Positions 9,271 through 17,623 are shown, counted from the first letter of the stretch. The stretch: DNA of 61,559 nt from Chloroflexota bacterium (GCA_026389695.1 JAPLHI010000036.1:1-61559); one strand, 5' to 3'. The notes: a model not told the origin generated them from the letters alone. A program made the numbers and translations.

Positions 9271-11352
9271 TCAATGGACGACCTCATCCAACGACACTTC
9301 TGAGGGATAGGTGCCGATCAATGTGGGCAATGAGAGCACCGGTTTTTCCTGCCAGCCTGTTTCGCTGAGCTTAGCCTGTATCTCCTTTTTGAAAAAGATG
9401 GGAATGTCCGAGGCACGTCTGACAAACAGGTGCACGTCGTCAGGCAACTTGCCGAAATATTGCTTGTTAAGACCGCCGATGTAGTGAGTCAATTTGGTTG
9501 CCCGTCCCTGTGGTGTATCGTTCTTCCTGATACAAAGCTTGGCCAGCGCAACCATCACCTTGCCCTTTTCGTCCAGAAGATTGAGCAGGTGCTCCGGAGA
9601 TGGTTCTCCCGTATCGACCAGCTTCTTTTCACGGCCGTCCATGACGCTCCAATCAGTTTTTTCCTGCCCGCTGATATACAATCTGCCGTATTTTATGCTG
9701 CGTGGGCCGACGATTACCGGGATCCCCAGGCGATTGCATCCCGTCGCCAGGGCCAGTTCCTCTTCACCGCAGGCTCCCCAGGCAAGCCCAACTGCCCCGA
9801 CACGATTTAGTATATAATCGGCTACCACTTCATAGTTTGCCCTCAGCGGCAAAGTGGCGAATATGCTGGCAATCTTTATGGCTGCACCCGATATATGCGC
9901 CGCTGCAATTCCCGAGCCGATATTGACTACACCACCAGCATCGAAATCGGGCGGATATTTCTCATATATGGATTTGCCTTCGGCGTCCTTTTTCATGGCC
10001 ACCGCGATTGCCGAATCTCCTGCAAGTACAACAATATATTTGCGCCTGGCAAATTCCTCGGCTATCTCGGCTATGTCATCAGGCGAACCCGGGTAATTCG
10101 AGCTACCGACGATAGCGATCACCCCCGGGATAGTGCCCAGCACCAGCGGCGCCCCTACCTTCCTGATCTCAGTATCCGTAATGGGTCCACGGCCTACGCG
10201 CATCCTTCCGGCGGCAGGTCCGGAGCCAGGCTTCTTTTCTTTGCGCGCGGCGAAAACCTTCTGTGCGGCTTTTACAGCGGCTTCCGCCGTTTTTTCCGGG
10301 TCAAGCACCATGGCTCCCTTACCTGATACCAGCACATCCTCTATGCTGTCTATTGCACTGGTTGTCATGTCATTCAGCCCGTAGCAGGCCGTTGCGTCAG
10401 TAGCTATAAAAGCTGACCCGGCTGCAGCAGCTTCTACTGCCGGATTTGTAAGCTGACTGCCGCCTCCGCAAACGATGGCATCCGCCATTTTACTGCTTAA
10501 GAAGTCGGGCAACTGCGATACCGTCCCCAGGATCTTAACATGGGGATAGTAGCGGGCAAGTTCATGGGCTACGGGGCCGACACATACTAACTGGACCTGT
10601 TCTTCAAGATGATTGCTCTTCGTGTAATTTGCCAAACAGACGGCCGAAACGGTGTCGCTACCTATAATGAGAATGATCGGTTTGGCGGGGTCAAGCGAAC
10701 CGATGCCGACATCAACCATATGAGTATCAGCTTTGGATGCAGGAAGGCCAAAGCCTGCTATCTGGGCTATGTCGGCGCATTCCATGGCAACATGGCTGAG
10801 CATGGAAGCATGCAGGGCTTTGGATTCAAAATCCAGATTCGACAGCTCAGCTCCGCTATTAGCGGCCGAGAGTAACGAAGCAAGCTGCCCTTCTAAATAA
10901 ACAAGCACCTCCTGTAGATCTGCCAATATTGCCGGCTTCAGGCCGATCACTGTCCTTGTATGAGGTGCTTCAATGCCAACTTTATCACCGAGTTCCAGCT
11001 TAAATTCCGCTCCCTTCTTTTCCACCAGATATTCAATAATTTTCCTGGCCCGCCTAATGACGTTAGCCATCCCGGCACAGCAAGCCTGAAGCGTAAGTCT
11101 TGCCTGGAATGTGCCGGAATCCATTCCGCAGGCGCCTTTCCTGCCTTCTGCAAGGTTGCACTCTCCGCAGGTACACAAGTTGCATTTATCTGATACCGGA
11201 ACGTAAAGGGGTTTCCATGTTTCAAGCAGACGCCTGTCCCAATTCCTTAAATCAGGGATTTCGGGTAAAGGTGTATGTCCTACAGGCTCCCAGGCGTCCT
11301 CAGCCTTGATTATATTCAGGGCTTTGGTTTTCAACCTCTCATTTTTCGCCAC
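9271..11352 (-). CDS. CdhA-like Ni-CODH family protein with apparently degenerate C-cluster site
   Basis: 693 aa. N-terminal Cys motif KCNLCTCGECNL...GACGMD. C-terminal blocks VIAIVGSSNYPG, VNIGSGIAAAHISGAA, NRVGAVGLAWGA and KLTHY match CdhA blocks as I recall them, but Ser/Gly/Val sit where ligand Cys residues are expected. Confidence 0.7.
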   Translation of the reverse strand: MAKNERLKTKALNIIKAEDAWEPVGHTPLPEIPDLRNWDRRLLETWKPLYVPVSDKCNLCTCGECNLAEGRKGACGMDSGTFQARLTLQACCAGMANVIRRARKIIEYLVEKKGAEFKLELGDKVGIEAPHTRTVIGLKPAILADLQEVLVYLEGQLASLLSAANSGAELSNLDFESKALHASMLSHVAMECADIAQIAGFGLPASKADTHMVDVGIGSLDPAKPIILIIGSDTVSAVCLANYTKSNHLEEQVQLVCVGPVAHELARYYPHVKILGTVSQLPDFLSSKMADAIVCGGGSQLTNPAVEAAAAGSAFIATDATACYGLNDMTTSAIDSIEDVLVSGKGAMVLDPEKTAEAAVKAAQKVFAARKEKKPGSGPAAGRMRVGRGPITDTEIRKVGAPLVLGTIPGVIAIVGSSNYPGSPDDIAEIAEEFARRKYIVVLAGDSAIAVAMKKDAEGKSIYEKYPPDFDAGGVVNIGSGIAAAHISGAAIKIASIFATLPLRANYEVVADYILNRVGAVGLAWGACGEEELALATGCNRLGIPVIVGPRSIKYGRLYISGQEKTDWSVMDGREKKLVDTGEPSPEHLLNLLDEKGKVMVALAKLCIRKNDTPQGRATKLTHYIGGLNKQYFGKLPDDVHLFVRRASDIPIFFKKEIQAKLSETGWQEKPVLSLPTLIGTYPSEVSLDEVVH

Positions 11353-11362
11353 TTTCAGCCTC

Positions 11363-12271
11363 CTATAATTTGCCGTCGATGGCTTCTTTTATCATCCTGC
11401 AATTGTCCGGGTGGCGCAGTACGAGTAAATTAGCTCCCGCCAACAGTAAACTCATTGCTGTAATACCTTCCCACAGAATCCCCTGCTCCCGGCTGGCTTT
11501 TGCCTGGCTGGTTTTCCAGCACTCGCCACCCAGATCTGCTATGATGGGCATTTGCATGGCAAAGTCACCGTGAATAACTCCTATCTGTTTGGTGCGCTCC
11601 ATGATGGTGAAGCTATACTCCATACCGTAGCCGAGGGCAGAGCTGAGCGGATCAATCACGATTCTCTCCGGCGGCAGCTGCTTGAGCAGCTTGACGTTGA
11701 GCTCTTTTTCCAGATTAATGTCAATAGGGGTTTGAGCGATGATGCAATGGCCGTTATCGGCAACCGCCCTGCCCAAGGGTTCATAATTTTCCTTCACAGC
11801 AGGGCCCAAGAGCAGGTTCTCATCCCGGCATACTTCAGCCACCCTGGATAATACCTCTGCATCCTTTTTGTCGTCACCACACCCATAAACAATCAGCGCC
11901 GTTTCTACCTCTGCCACCACCTTTTTCACCAGCGCCGCTGCCTCTTCTGCAGAAGTGTTAGCTCCCTGGGGATCAGTGCTCTCCAGCCGCAGACAGATGA
12001 GGTCGGCTCCCAGGTCAAGGCATCTTTTTGCCCATCTGACAGGGTCAGAAACTACGTCTTTATACGGTTCCCGCACCCACTCCGGCCATCCCACAGCACC
12101 GCTATCATCAATTTCCAGGGCAACCTTAGGTTTGTTAGCGGCATTTCCTTCGAAATAATGAAGAGGCAGGATATTTTCACCACCTATTTTAACGGCTTTA
12201 TCACGCTTGCCTATTACTACTTCTTTAACACGGCCTGAATATGTTTCCAGGGGCGCCTTATACTCCATCAA
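11363..12271 (-). CDS. acsD: corrinoid iron-sulfur protein small subunit (AcsD / CdhD)
   Basis: 302 aa, N-terminus MMEYKAPLETYSGRVKEVVIG...GGENILPLHYFEG, typical of the CFeSP small subunit. Located between acsE and the CdhA-like gene. Confidence 0.85.
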   Translation of the reverse strand: MMEYKAPLETYSGRVKEVVIGKRDKAVKIGGENILPLHYFEGNAANKPKVALEIDDSGAVGWPEWVREPYKDVVSDPVRWAKRCLDLGADLICLRLESTDPQGANTSAEEAAALVKKVVAEVETALIVYGCGDDKKDAEVLSRVAEVCRDENLLLGPAVKENYEPLGRAVADNGHCIIAQTPIDINLEKELNVKLLKQLPPERIVIDPLSSALGYGMEYSFTIMERTKQIGVIHGDFAMQMPIIADLGGECWKTSQAKASREQGILWEGITAMSLLLAGANLLVLRHPDNCRMIKEAIDGKL

Positions 12272-12283
12272 ATACCTCTTTTT

Positions 12284-13027
12284 TCAGGATTCAAGCCAGG
12301 CATGGGAATACAGTGTCTCTCCCAGGAGAACTCGCGCTGTGTTTACATAATTACGATCCAGCTCATCTAAATCGCCTATGTTTACGGATTTACCTTCCAT
12401 TATCTTATTAACTAACCCCCTTATCCCTGGCATCCCACCTTTATTCAGTTCGATAAGCTCCGGGTCAAGGACATCGGCGATGGCAGAGTACAGTCCGTTC
12501 TTCTCCAGCATCAGCATATAGGTACGGTTCAATATGCCGCGCAATGGAGCCGGGGTGCCGTTTGATACATTGGACAAACCTACAACCGACTTAACGCCGG
12601 GCAGCAGGTCAGCTAAAATTTTAATGAATTCCAGGGCTTCGCGTACCTGCTTCTGGTCTGCGCTCACAGGCAGGATGATGGGATCCACCCAGATATCCTC
12701 GTTCTTAATACCCAGCTCGTTAGCATAAGCCACTGTGTCCATAATGCTTTCAACCCGCGAATCCACGTCAGGCGGGCATCCCTGGTCGGTTATTACAGAG
12801 ATAATAACTTGCGTATTATACTTAAGTGCCAGTTGCATCATACCGGCTTTGCTATCTGCTTTTCCCGAGGCCGAGTTAAGCAGCGGCCTTTTCTTACATA
12901 ACTTCAGGCCGGCTTCCATGGCTACAGGATTCATGGTATCCAGCGATATAGCAAGATCCGTGACATCCTGGACAGTCCGCACCAGCCAGGCCCCAACTTC
13001 CTCAGGATCTTTCCTGGCCGGACCCAT
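12284..13027 (-). CDS. acsE: methyltetrahydrofolate:corrinoid/Fe-S protein methyltransferase (AcsE/MeTr), 5'-truncated relative to the family
   Basis: Aligns with Moorella MeTr from about residue 45 (YLDLNMGPA..., LDTMNPVAMEAGLKLCKK, GLSNVS, SAIAD). The homologous frame stays open upstream only to 13084 and is closed by TAG/TGA at 13085-13090. The conserved N-terminal IIGERIN strand is absent. Confidence 0.8.
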   Translation of the reverse strand: MGPARKDPEEVGAWLVRTVQDVTDLAISLDTMNPVAMEAGLKLCKKRPLLNSASGKADSKAGMMQLALKYNTQVIISVITDQGCPPDVDSRVESIMDTVAYANELGIKNEDIWVDPIILPVSADQKQVREALEFIKILADLLPGVKSVVGLSNVSNGTPAPLRGILNRTYMLMLEKNGLYSAIADVLDPELIELNKGGMPGIRGLVNKIMEGKSVNIGDLDELDRNYVNTARVLLGETLYSHAWLES

Positions 13028-13177
13028 GTTTAAATCAAGGTAATCCGCCCTGGCTTCTGCCTGCGCCTTGAATTTTGGGCAATTCTATCATCCATTATAT
13101 GCGACAGGCAAGAATAACAGGGGGAATCACCTGCGCGAAAATGCCGTATAATTGACATATGACCGGAGAAAGCTAAA

Positions 13178-13633
13178 ATCATTATATATTGTGACGGCGC
13201 CTGCTCAGGAAACCAGTTCCAGAAAAATATCGGCGGCTGGGGAGCAATTCTGAGATATAAAGATAGCGTAAAGGAAATTTACGGCGGCGAGATCAACACC
13301 AGCAACCAGAGAATGGAACTTACTGCCTGCATAAAAGCGTTGGAGCAACTCAAACCAGGGGACCATGAGATAACGGTCTACACCGACAGCGCCTACCTTT
13401 TTAACTGCATACACAAGAAATGGTATCTGAACTGGCAGAAAAATGGCTGGAGGAACGCCAGGAAGCAGCCTGTGGAAAACCGGGACCTCTGGGAAAGGCT
13501 GCTCAACCTTACCGCATCCCAAAAAGTTGATTTCAGAAAAGTAGCGGGTCACTCCGGCGATGAATTGAACGAGAGGGCAGATACGCTTGCTAAAAAGGGG
13601 ATTGAGGAAGCTAAAAAGGGTGCCCGTTCCTGA
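13178..13633 (+). CDS. rnhA: ribonuclease HI (start unresolved: no ATG/GTG/TTG in frame upstream of the catalytic DGAC motif)
   Basis: Frame open from 13163. IIIYCDGACSGN (catalytic Asp) at 13181-13216, then NQRMELTA, VYTDS and GHSGDELNERADTLA. The nearest ATG (13159) is in another frame. Confidence 0.8.
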   Translation: MIIYCDGACSGNQFQKNIGGWGAILRYKDSVKEIYGGEINTSNQRMELTACIKALEQLKPGDHEITVYTDSAYLFNCIHKKWYLNWQKNGWRNARKQPVENRDLWERLLNLTASQKVDFRKVAGHSGDELNERADTLAKKGIEEAKKGARS

Positions 13634-13652
13634 TGCAATTTAGGTAAAAATG

Positions 13653-13661
13653 TGCTATACT
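13653..13661 (+). promoter_or_regulatory. candidate extended -10 element (TGcTATACT) upstream of gyrB
   Basis: TGCTATACT about 125 nt upstream of the gyrB ATG; the -35 is weak. Confidence 0.25.
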
Positions 13662-13784
13662 AATGCACGAAAATGCAATTCCTGGTATTTTCCGGTTAAG
13701 CAGACACAATATATTGTGATGCTAATCGCTGAAACCCGACAGATTGCGGGTAAAACCAACTCGATTCATCAAGATTCATAAAAC

Positions 13785-14045
13785 ATGACTCCAGAACCTA
13801 ATAACAATTCCAATCACGGAGAATACAATGCTCAGGATATCCGCGTCCTGGACGGTCTTGAAGCTGTACGCATGCGGCCCGGCATGTATATCGGCAGCAC
13901 CGATAAGACGGGACTTCATCACCTCGTTTATGAAATCGTGTATAACAGCGTTGACGAGGCCATGGCCGGATTCTGCGACCGGGTCCAGGTGATTATTAAG
14001 CCGGATAACTCTGTCACAGTTATAGATACGCGGTATACCGGTTGA
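13785..14045 (+). CDS. gyrB: DNA gyrase subunit B, N-terminal fragment (gene interrupted by a frameshift)
   Basis: [26 protein letters not shown]...[18 protein letters not shown]...SVTVID, then runs out of frame into TGA 14043-14045. Confidence 0.9.
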   Translation: MTPEPNNNSNHGEYNAQDIRVLDGLEAVRMRPGMYIGSTDKTGLHHLVYEIVYNSVDEAMAGFCDRVQVIIKPDNSVTVIDTRYTG

Positions 14046-15699
14046 TATTCACCCTGAAAAAGGCGTCTCCGCACTCGAAGTGGTGATGACAACCCTTCAT
14101 GCCGGTGGTAAGTTCGGCAGCGGGGCCTACAGCGTTTCCAGTGGTTTGCACGGTGTAGGCGCCTCCGTAGTGAGCGCCCTTTCGTCATGGCTGCGGGCCG
14201 AGGTGAAACGCGACGGCAAGATCTGGCGGCAGGATTATAAGATCGGTGTCCAGCAGGCTGATGTCAAGGCAGTGGGTAAGGCCGATGAAACGGGGACCAC
14301 CGTCACCTTCATGGCTGACACCGAGATATTCGGCGAGATAAATTACGATTTTCAAACGCTTTCACAGCGTTTGAGGGAGCTGGCATTCCTTAATAAAGGC
14401 CTGGAAATATCTATTAAAGACGAGAGAGCCGATGATGAGGCTGCTTTTTACTTCGAAGGCGGTATCGCCAGCCTGGTACGCCGCATTAATAAAAACAGGC
14501 AGGTCCTGGATAAATCTATTTATCTTAGCGGCAAAGTCAACAGTACAGCAGTGGAAGTGGCCATCCAGTATAACGACGGCTATTCTGAGAACGTAACCTC
14601 CTTTGCTAACTGCGTGAATACAATTGATGGCGGCAGCCACCTGACCGGTTTCCGCGCAGCCCTCACCCGCGTGCTAAACGACTATGCGCGAAAAAATAAA
14701 TTCCTCAAAGAAGGCGACGCCAACCTGTCGGGCGAGGATATACGCGACGGTCTGACCGCTGTAATCAGTGTCAAGGTTGGTCAACCGCAGTTTGAAGGAC
14801 AGACCAAGGCCAAGCTGGGTAATCCTGAAGTTAAAGGCCAGGTGGAATCTGTTACCAGTGACGGCCTCACCGAATATTTGGAAAAACATCCTGAAGAAGG
14901 TAAATCTATCATCGACAAATGCCTCCTTGCCGCCAAAGCCAGGGAAGCCGCGCGCAAGGCACGAGATCTGATACTAAAGAAGAGCAGCCTTGAGTTCTGC
15001 ACCCTCCCGGGCAAACTGGCTGACTGCTCAGGTAATAACCCTGAAGAATGTGAGCTATACATTGTGGAAGGTGATTCGGCAGGTGGTTCTGCCAAGCAGG
15101 GACGCGACCGCCGCTTCCAGGCCATTCTCCCACTTAAAGGAAAGATCCTGAACGTAGAGAAAGCGGCCAAGGACAAAATATTCGATCATGAGGAGATACG
15201 TGCGCTGATTACCGCGCTGGGCACGGGTATAGGTGAAGCTTTCGAGCTGGCAAAGCTCCGCTACCATCAGATCATTATTATGACTGATGCCGATGTAGAC
15301 GGCGCACATATCAGGACCTTGCTGCTTACCTTCTTCTACCGTAATATGTCTGACCTGATCCAGCAGGGGCATCTGTTCATCGCCCAGCCTCCGCTGTACA
15401 AATTACAGGCGGGCAAGCAGCAATACTGGGTTTACTCGGACGCTGAAAAAGACGCTAAACTATCCACCTTAAAGAGTAGCAAAGTAGACACCCAGCGATA
15501 TAAAGGCCTGGGTGAGATGAGCCCGGAACAACTCTGGGAAACTACCATGAACCCTGCCACACGGACGCTGCTTAAAGTTCATGTTGATGACGCTATAAAA
15601 GCCGACGAGATATTCCACATACTCATGGGCAGCGACGTGCCACCTCGCAAATCATTTATCCAGGCCCATGCACGCAGTGTAAAGAACCTGGATATTTAG
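14029..15699 (+). CDS. gyrB: DNA gyrase subunit B, remainder in the +1 frame
   Basis: The frame reads [29 protein letters not shown] from 14029, continuing through [22 protein letters not shown] and [17 protein letters not shown] to the stop at 15697-15699. The first in-frame start codon is GTG 14080. Confidence 0.9.
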   Translation, partial: RGIPVDIHPEKGVSALEVVMTTLHAGGKFGSGAYSVSSGLHGVGASVVSALSSWLRAEVKRDGKIWRQDYKIGVQQADVKAVGKADETGTTVTFMADTEIFGEINYDFQTLSQRLRELAFLNKGLEISIKDERADDEAAFYFEGGIASLVRRINKNRQVLDKSIYLSGKVNSTAVEVAIQYNDGYSENVTSFANCVNTIDGGSHLTGFRAALTRVLNDYARKNKFLKEGDANLSGEDIRDGLTAVISVKVGQPQFEGQTKAKLGNPEVKGQVESVTSDGLTEYLEKHPEEGKSIIDKCLLAAKAREAARKARDLILKKSSLEFCTLPGKLADCSGNNPEECELYIVEGDSAGGSAKQGRDRRFQAILPLKGKILNVEKAAKDKIFDHEEIRALITALGTGIGEAFELAKLRYHQIIIMTDADVDGAHIRTLLLTFFYRNMSDLIQQGHLFIAQPPLYKLQAGKQQYWVYSDAEKDAKLSTLKSSKVDTQRYKGLGEMSPEQLWETTMNPATRTLLKVHVDDAIKADEIFHILMGSDVPPRKSFIQAHARSVKNLDI

Positions 15700-15875
15700 C
15701 ATTTGCTAGGTTTCTAATGTTCTATCGTAATTTACCATTGGACTCCACCTTAAGCCCAGATTTTCAATAGCCTTTCGCAGCAGTTCATTCTTTTCCAGGA
15801 AAATAGCCCGCCCAGTATTTATTCAATGAAATTCAGCTGGCTTGCCCTATCGGATGAAATTTCTTTGATTGTCCT

Positions 15876-15904
15876 TTGATAATGGCTCGGGTAACACATA
15901 TATT
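15876..15904 (+). promoter_or_regulatory. candidate sigma70-type promoter for the GAF-GGDEF gene
   Basis: TTGATA, 17-nt spacer, TATATT; about 50 nt upstream of ATG 15953. Confidence 0.35.
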
Positions 15905-15952
15905 AGCTTACATAAAACGCTGCTATAGTATTAGATATAAGGATGGAGTAGG

Positions 15953-16108
15953 ATGATTCAGAATACGGATAAGGAATTAGAGCGGCTCAAGGCTATGATT
16001 AAAATACACCATAGCATTGGATCCAATCTGGAACTTAACGAGATATGCCGTATATGCGTGAGAGAGTTGATTAATATTATAGGCTGTGATGCGTGTGCCA
16101 TTTTGTAG
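15953..16108 (+). other. N-terminal GAF-domain fragment of the diguanylate cyclase gene, ending at an in-frame TAG
   Basis: ATG 15953 begins MIQNTDKELERLKAMIKIHHSIGSNLELNEICRICVRELINIIGCDACAIL, then TAG (16106-16108). It is in the same frame as ORF 16130..16975, and the GAF domain continues across the stop. Confidence 0.7.
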
Positions 16109-16129
16109 GTTAATGGGAAAAACGTAAAA

Positions 16130-16975
16130 ATGCTGGCTGAAAAAGGTTTCTCCGATGCTTTTGGAAACCTGGAGTTGAGCCGTGATATGCCGGCAATCAA
16201 ATATATAATGGATACCAGGCAAGCAATTTTTACGGGAGACGTGCTCAACAGCGAGGCAGCAACGTGCGTGCCCCACGGTTGCGCTATGAATTCGTTGATA
16301 TGCGCCCCCATTAATATTAGCGGTGAAGTATGTGGAATCATATATCTCGATTCGGTCAAAAAAGGAGCGTTTACTGACGAAGATTTCGAATTTACCAATC
16401 TACTTGCCTGTGAAATTGCTATAACAATCCGGCGCTCTTTTCTCTATTCAAGGATTCTGGATATTTCTATCAGAGATAGTCTAACCGGGTGCCTCAACCG
16501 CAGGAAATTCGATGTTGATATTGCCGCCGGGGTGGCAGTCTCCCAAATTTCGAATCATCCGCTCTCCCTGTTGATGCTGGATATAGACCATTTTAAGAAT
16601 TACAACGATTTCCATGGTCATCCCAAGGGAGACAAACTGCTGCAGAAGCTCGTATCTACATTATCTTCCAGGATCAGGGCCGGAGATACACTATACCGTT
16701 ATGGCGGTGAGGAATTTTCTGTACTGTTGACAGATACTGACAAGGAAATTGCTATAGCTACGGCAAACCGGCTTAAAGAAATCATAGAGCATGAACCATT
16801 TGAAGGAGAGAAAGAAAGCCAGCCTGGCGGCAAAGTAACGATAAGTATTGGAGTGGCAAACTACCCCCTGGATGCCCTGACCCGCGGTTCCCTTTTGAAA
16901 GCAGCGGATTCGGCGCTTTATGACGCTAAAAAAGCGGGAAGAAACCAGGTTCGATCTTTTCAGAAAACCGCTTAA
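16130..16975 (+). CDS. GAF-GGDEF diguanylate cyclase (largest uninterrupted ORF)
   Basis: C-terminal GGDEF domain (RYGGEEF, DHFKNYND, ADSALYDAKKAGRN), with the rest of a GAF domain upstream. Confidence 0.85.
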   Translation: MLAEKGFSDAFGNLELSRDMPAIKYIMDTRQAIFTGDVLNSEAATCVPHGCAMNSLICAPINISGEVCGIIYLDSVKKGAFTDEDFEFTNLLACEIAITIRRSFLYSRILDISIRDSLTGCLNRRKFDVDIAAGVAVSQISNHPLSLLMLDIDHFKNYNDFHGHPKGDKLLQKLVSTLSSRIRAGDTLYRYGGEEFSVLLTDTDKEIAIATANRLKEIIEHEPFEGEKESQPGGKVTISIGVANYPLDALTRGSLLKAADSALYDAKKAGRNQVRSFQKTA

Positions 16976-17016
16976 TAAAGCACCGCTAATAATAGGCTGA
17001 ATTTGACGTTAACCAA

Positions 17017-17622
17017 TTAGCTCTGTGCGTAAAGCTTGTTGTTATTAATATATTCTTCAACCTCTGAAGGCACCAGATAGCGAATAGATTTACCCAAGGA
17101 AACCTTTGCACGGATTGCTGTGGAACTGATTCCAATATAGGGCTCGTTCAACATTAAAATGCGGCTTGAAATCTCCGGCATTGATAATTCCAATTGGGAA
17201 AGATCAGGCTTAGCAAAGCCCGGCCTGGGAAACGCCACCAGTGTTGCCATCTTAGATATACGATATGGTGCTTTCCATTTAGGCATCTCAGCCAGGCTGT
17301 CCCACCCTACCAGGAAAAACAGCTTTGTTTCTGTTCCAAGCTCTTTAATTAAGCATTTGAGGGTATCAACAGTATAAGAGGGTCCGGGATTGTCAACTTC
17401 AATTGTGCAAAGTCTGAAGCTGGAATTAGACTGAATAGCGGTTTTTACCATATTCGATCTATGATCTGCCCCTGCTATTTCATGATCCGACTTCATCCAT
17501 GGTTTCCCCGCCGGAATAAATATCACATAATTAAGCTCAAGTTTAGCCCTGGCTTCCTCGGCTATGATTAGGTGTGCCAGGTGTATGGGATCAAATGAAC
17601 CACCGATGATTCCGACTTTCAT
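17017..17622 (-). CDS. nadD: nicotinate-nucleotide adenylyltransferase
   Basis: MKVGIIGGSFDPIHLAHL (H/T-x-x-H motif) and ISSTAIR near the C-terminus; 201 aa. Confidence 0.9.
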   Translation of the reverse strand: MKVGIIGGSFDPIHLAHLIIAEEARAKLELNYVIFIPAGKPWMKSDHEIAGADHRSNMVKTAIQSNSSFRLCTIEVDNPGPSYTVDTLKCLIKELGTETKLFFLVGWDSLAEMPKWKAPYRISKMATLVAFPRPGFAKPDLSQLELSMPEISSRILMLNEPYIGISSTAIRAKVSLGKSIRYLVPSEVEEYINNNKLYAQS

Positions 17623-17623
17623 A

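Noticed and set aside
15723-15836. Minus-strand open frame INTGRAIFLEKNELLRKAIENLGLRWSPMVNYDRTLET downstream of gyrB, faintly reminiscent of the leucine-zipper end of IS3-type OrfA transposases.
   Set aside because: It is only about 38 codons with no start codon, and there are no inverted repeats or adjacent transposase remnant. The evidence is too weak to call a mobile-element relic.
16106-16108. The in-frame TAG of the GAF-GGDEF gene as a pyrrolysine codon.
   Set aside because: The window has no pyl genes, no methylamine methyltransferase context and no other TAG-interrupted gene. A point mutation or error from TTG/TAT is more parsimonious. I kept it as a finding only as a lesion.
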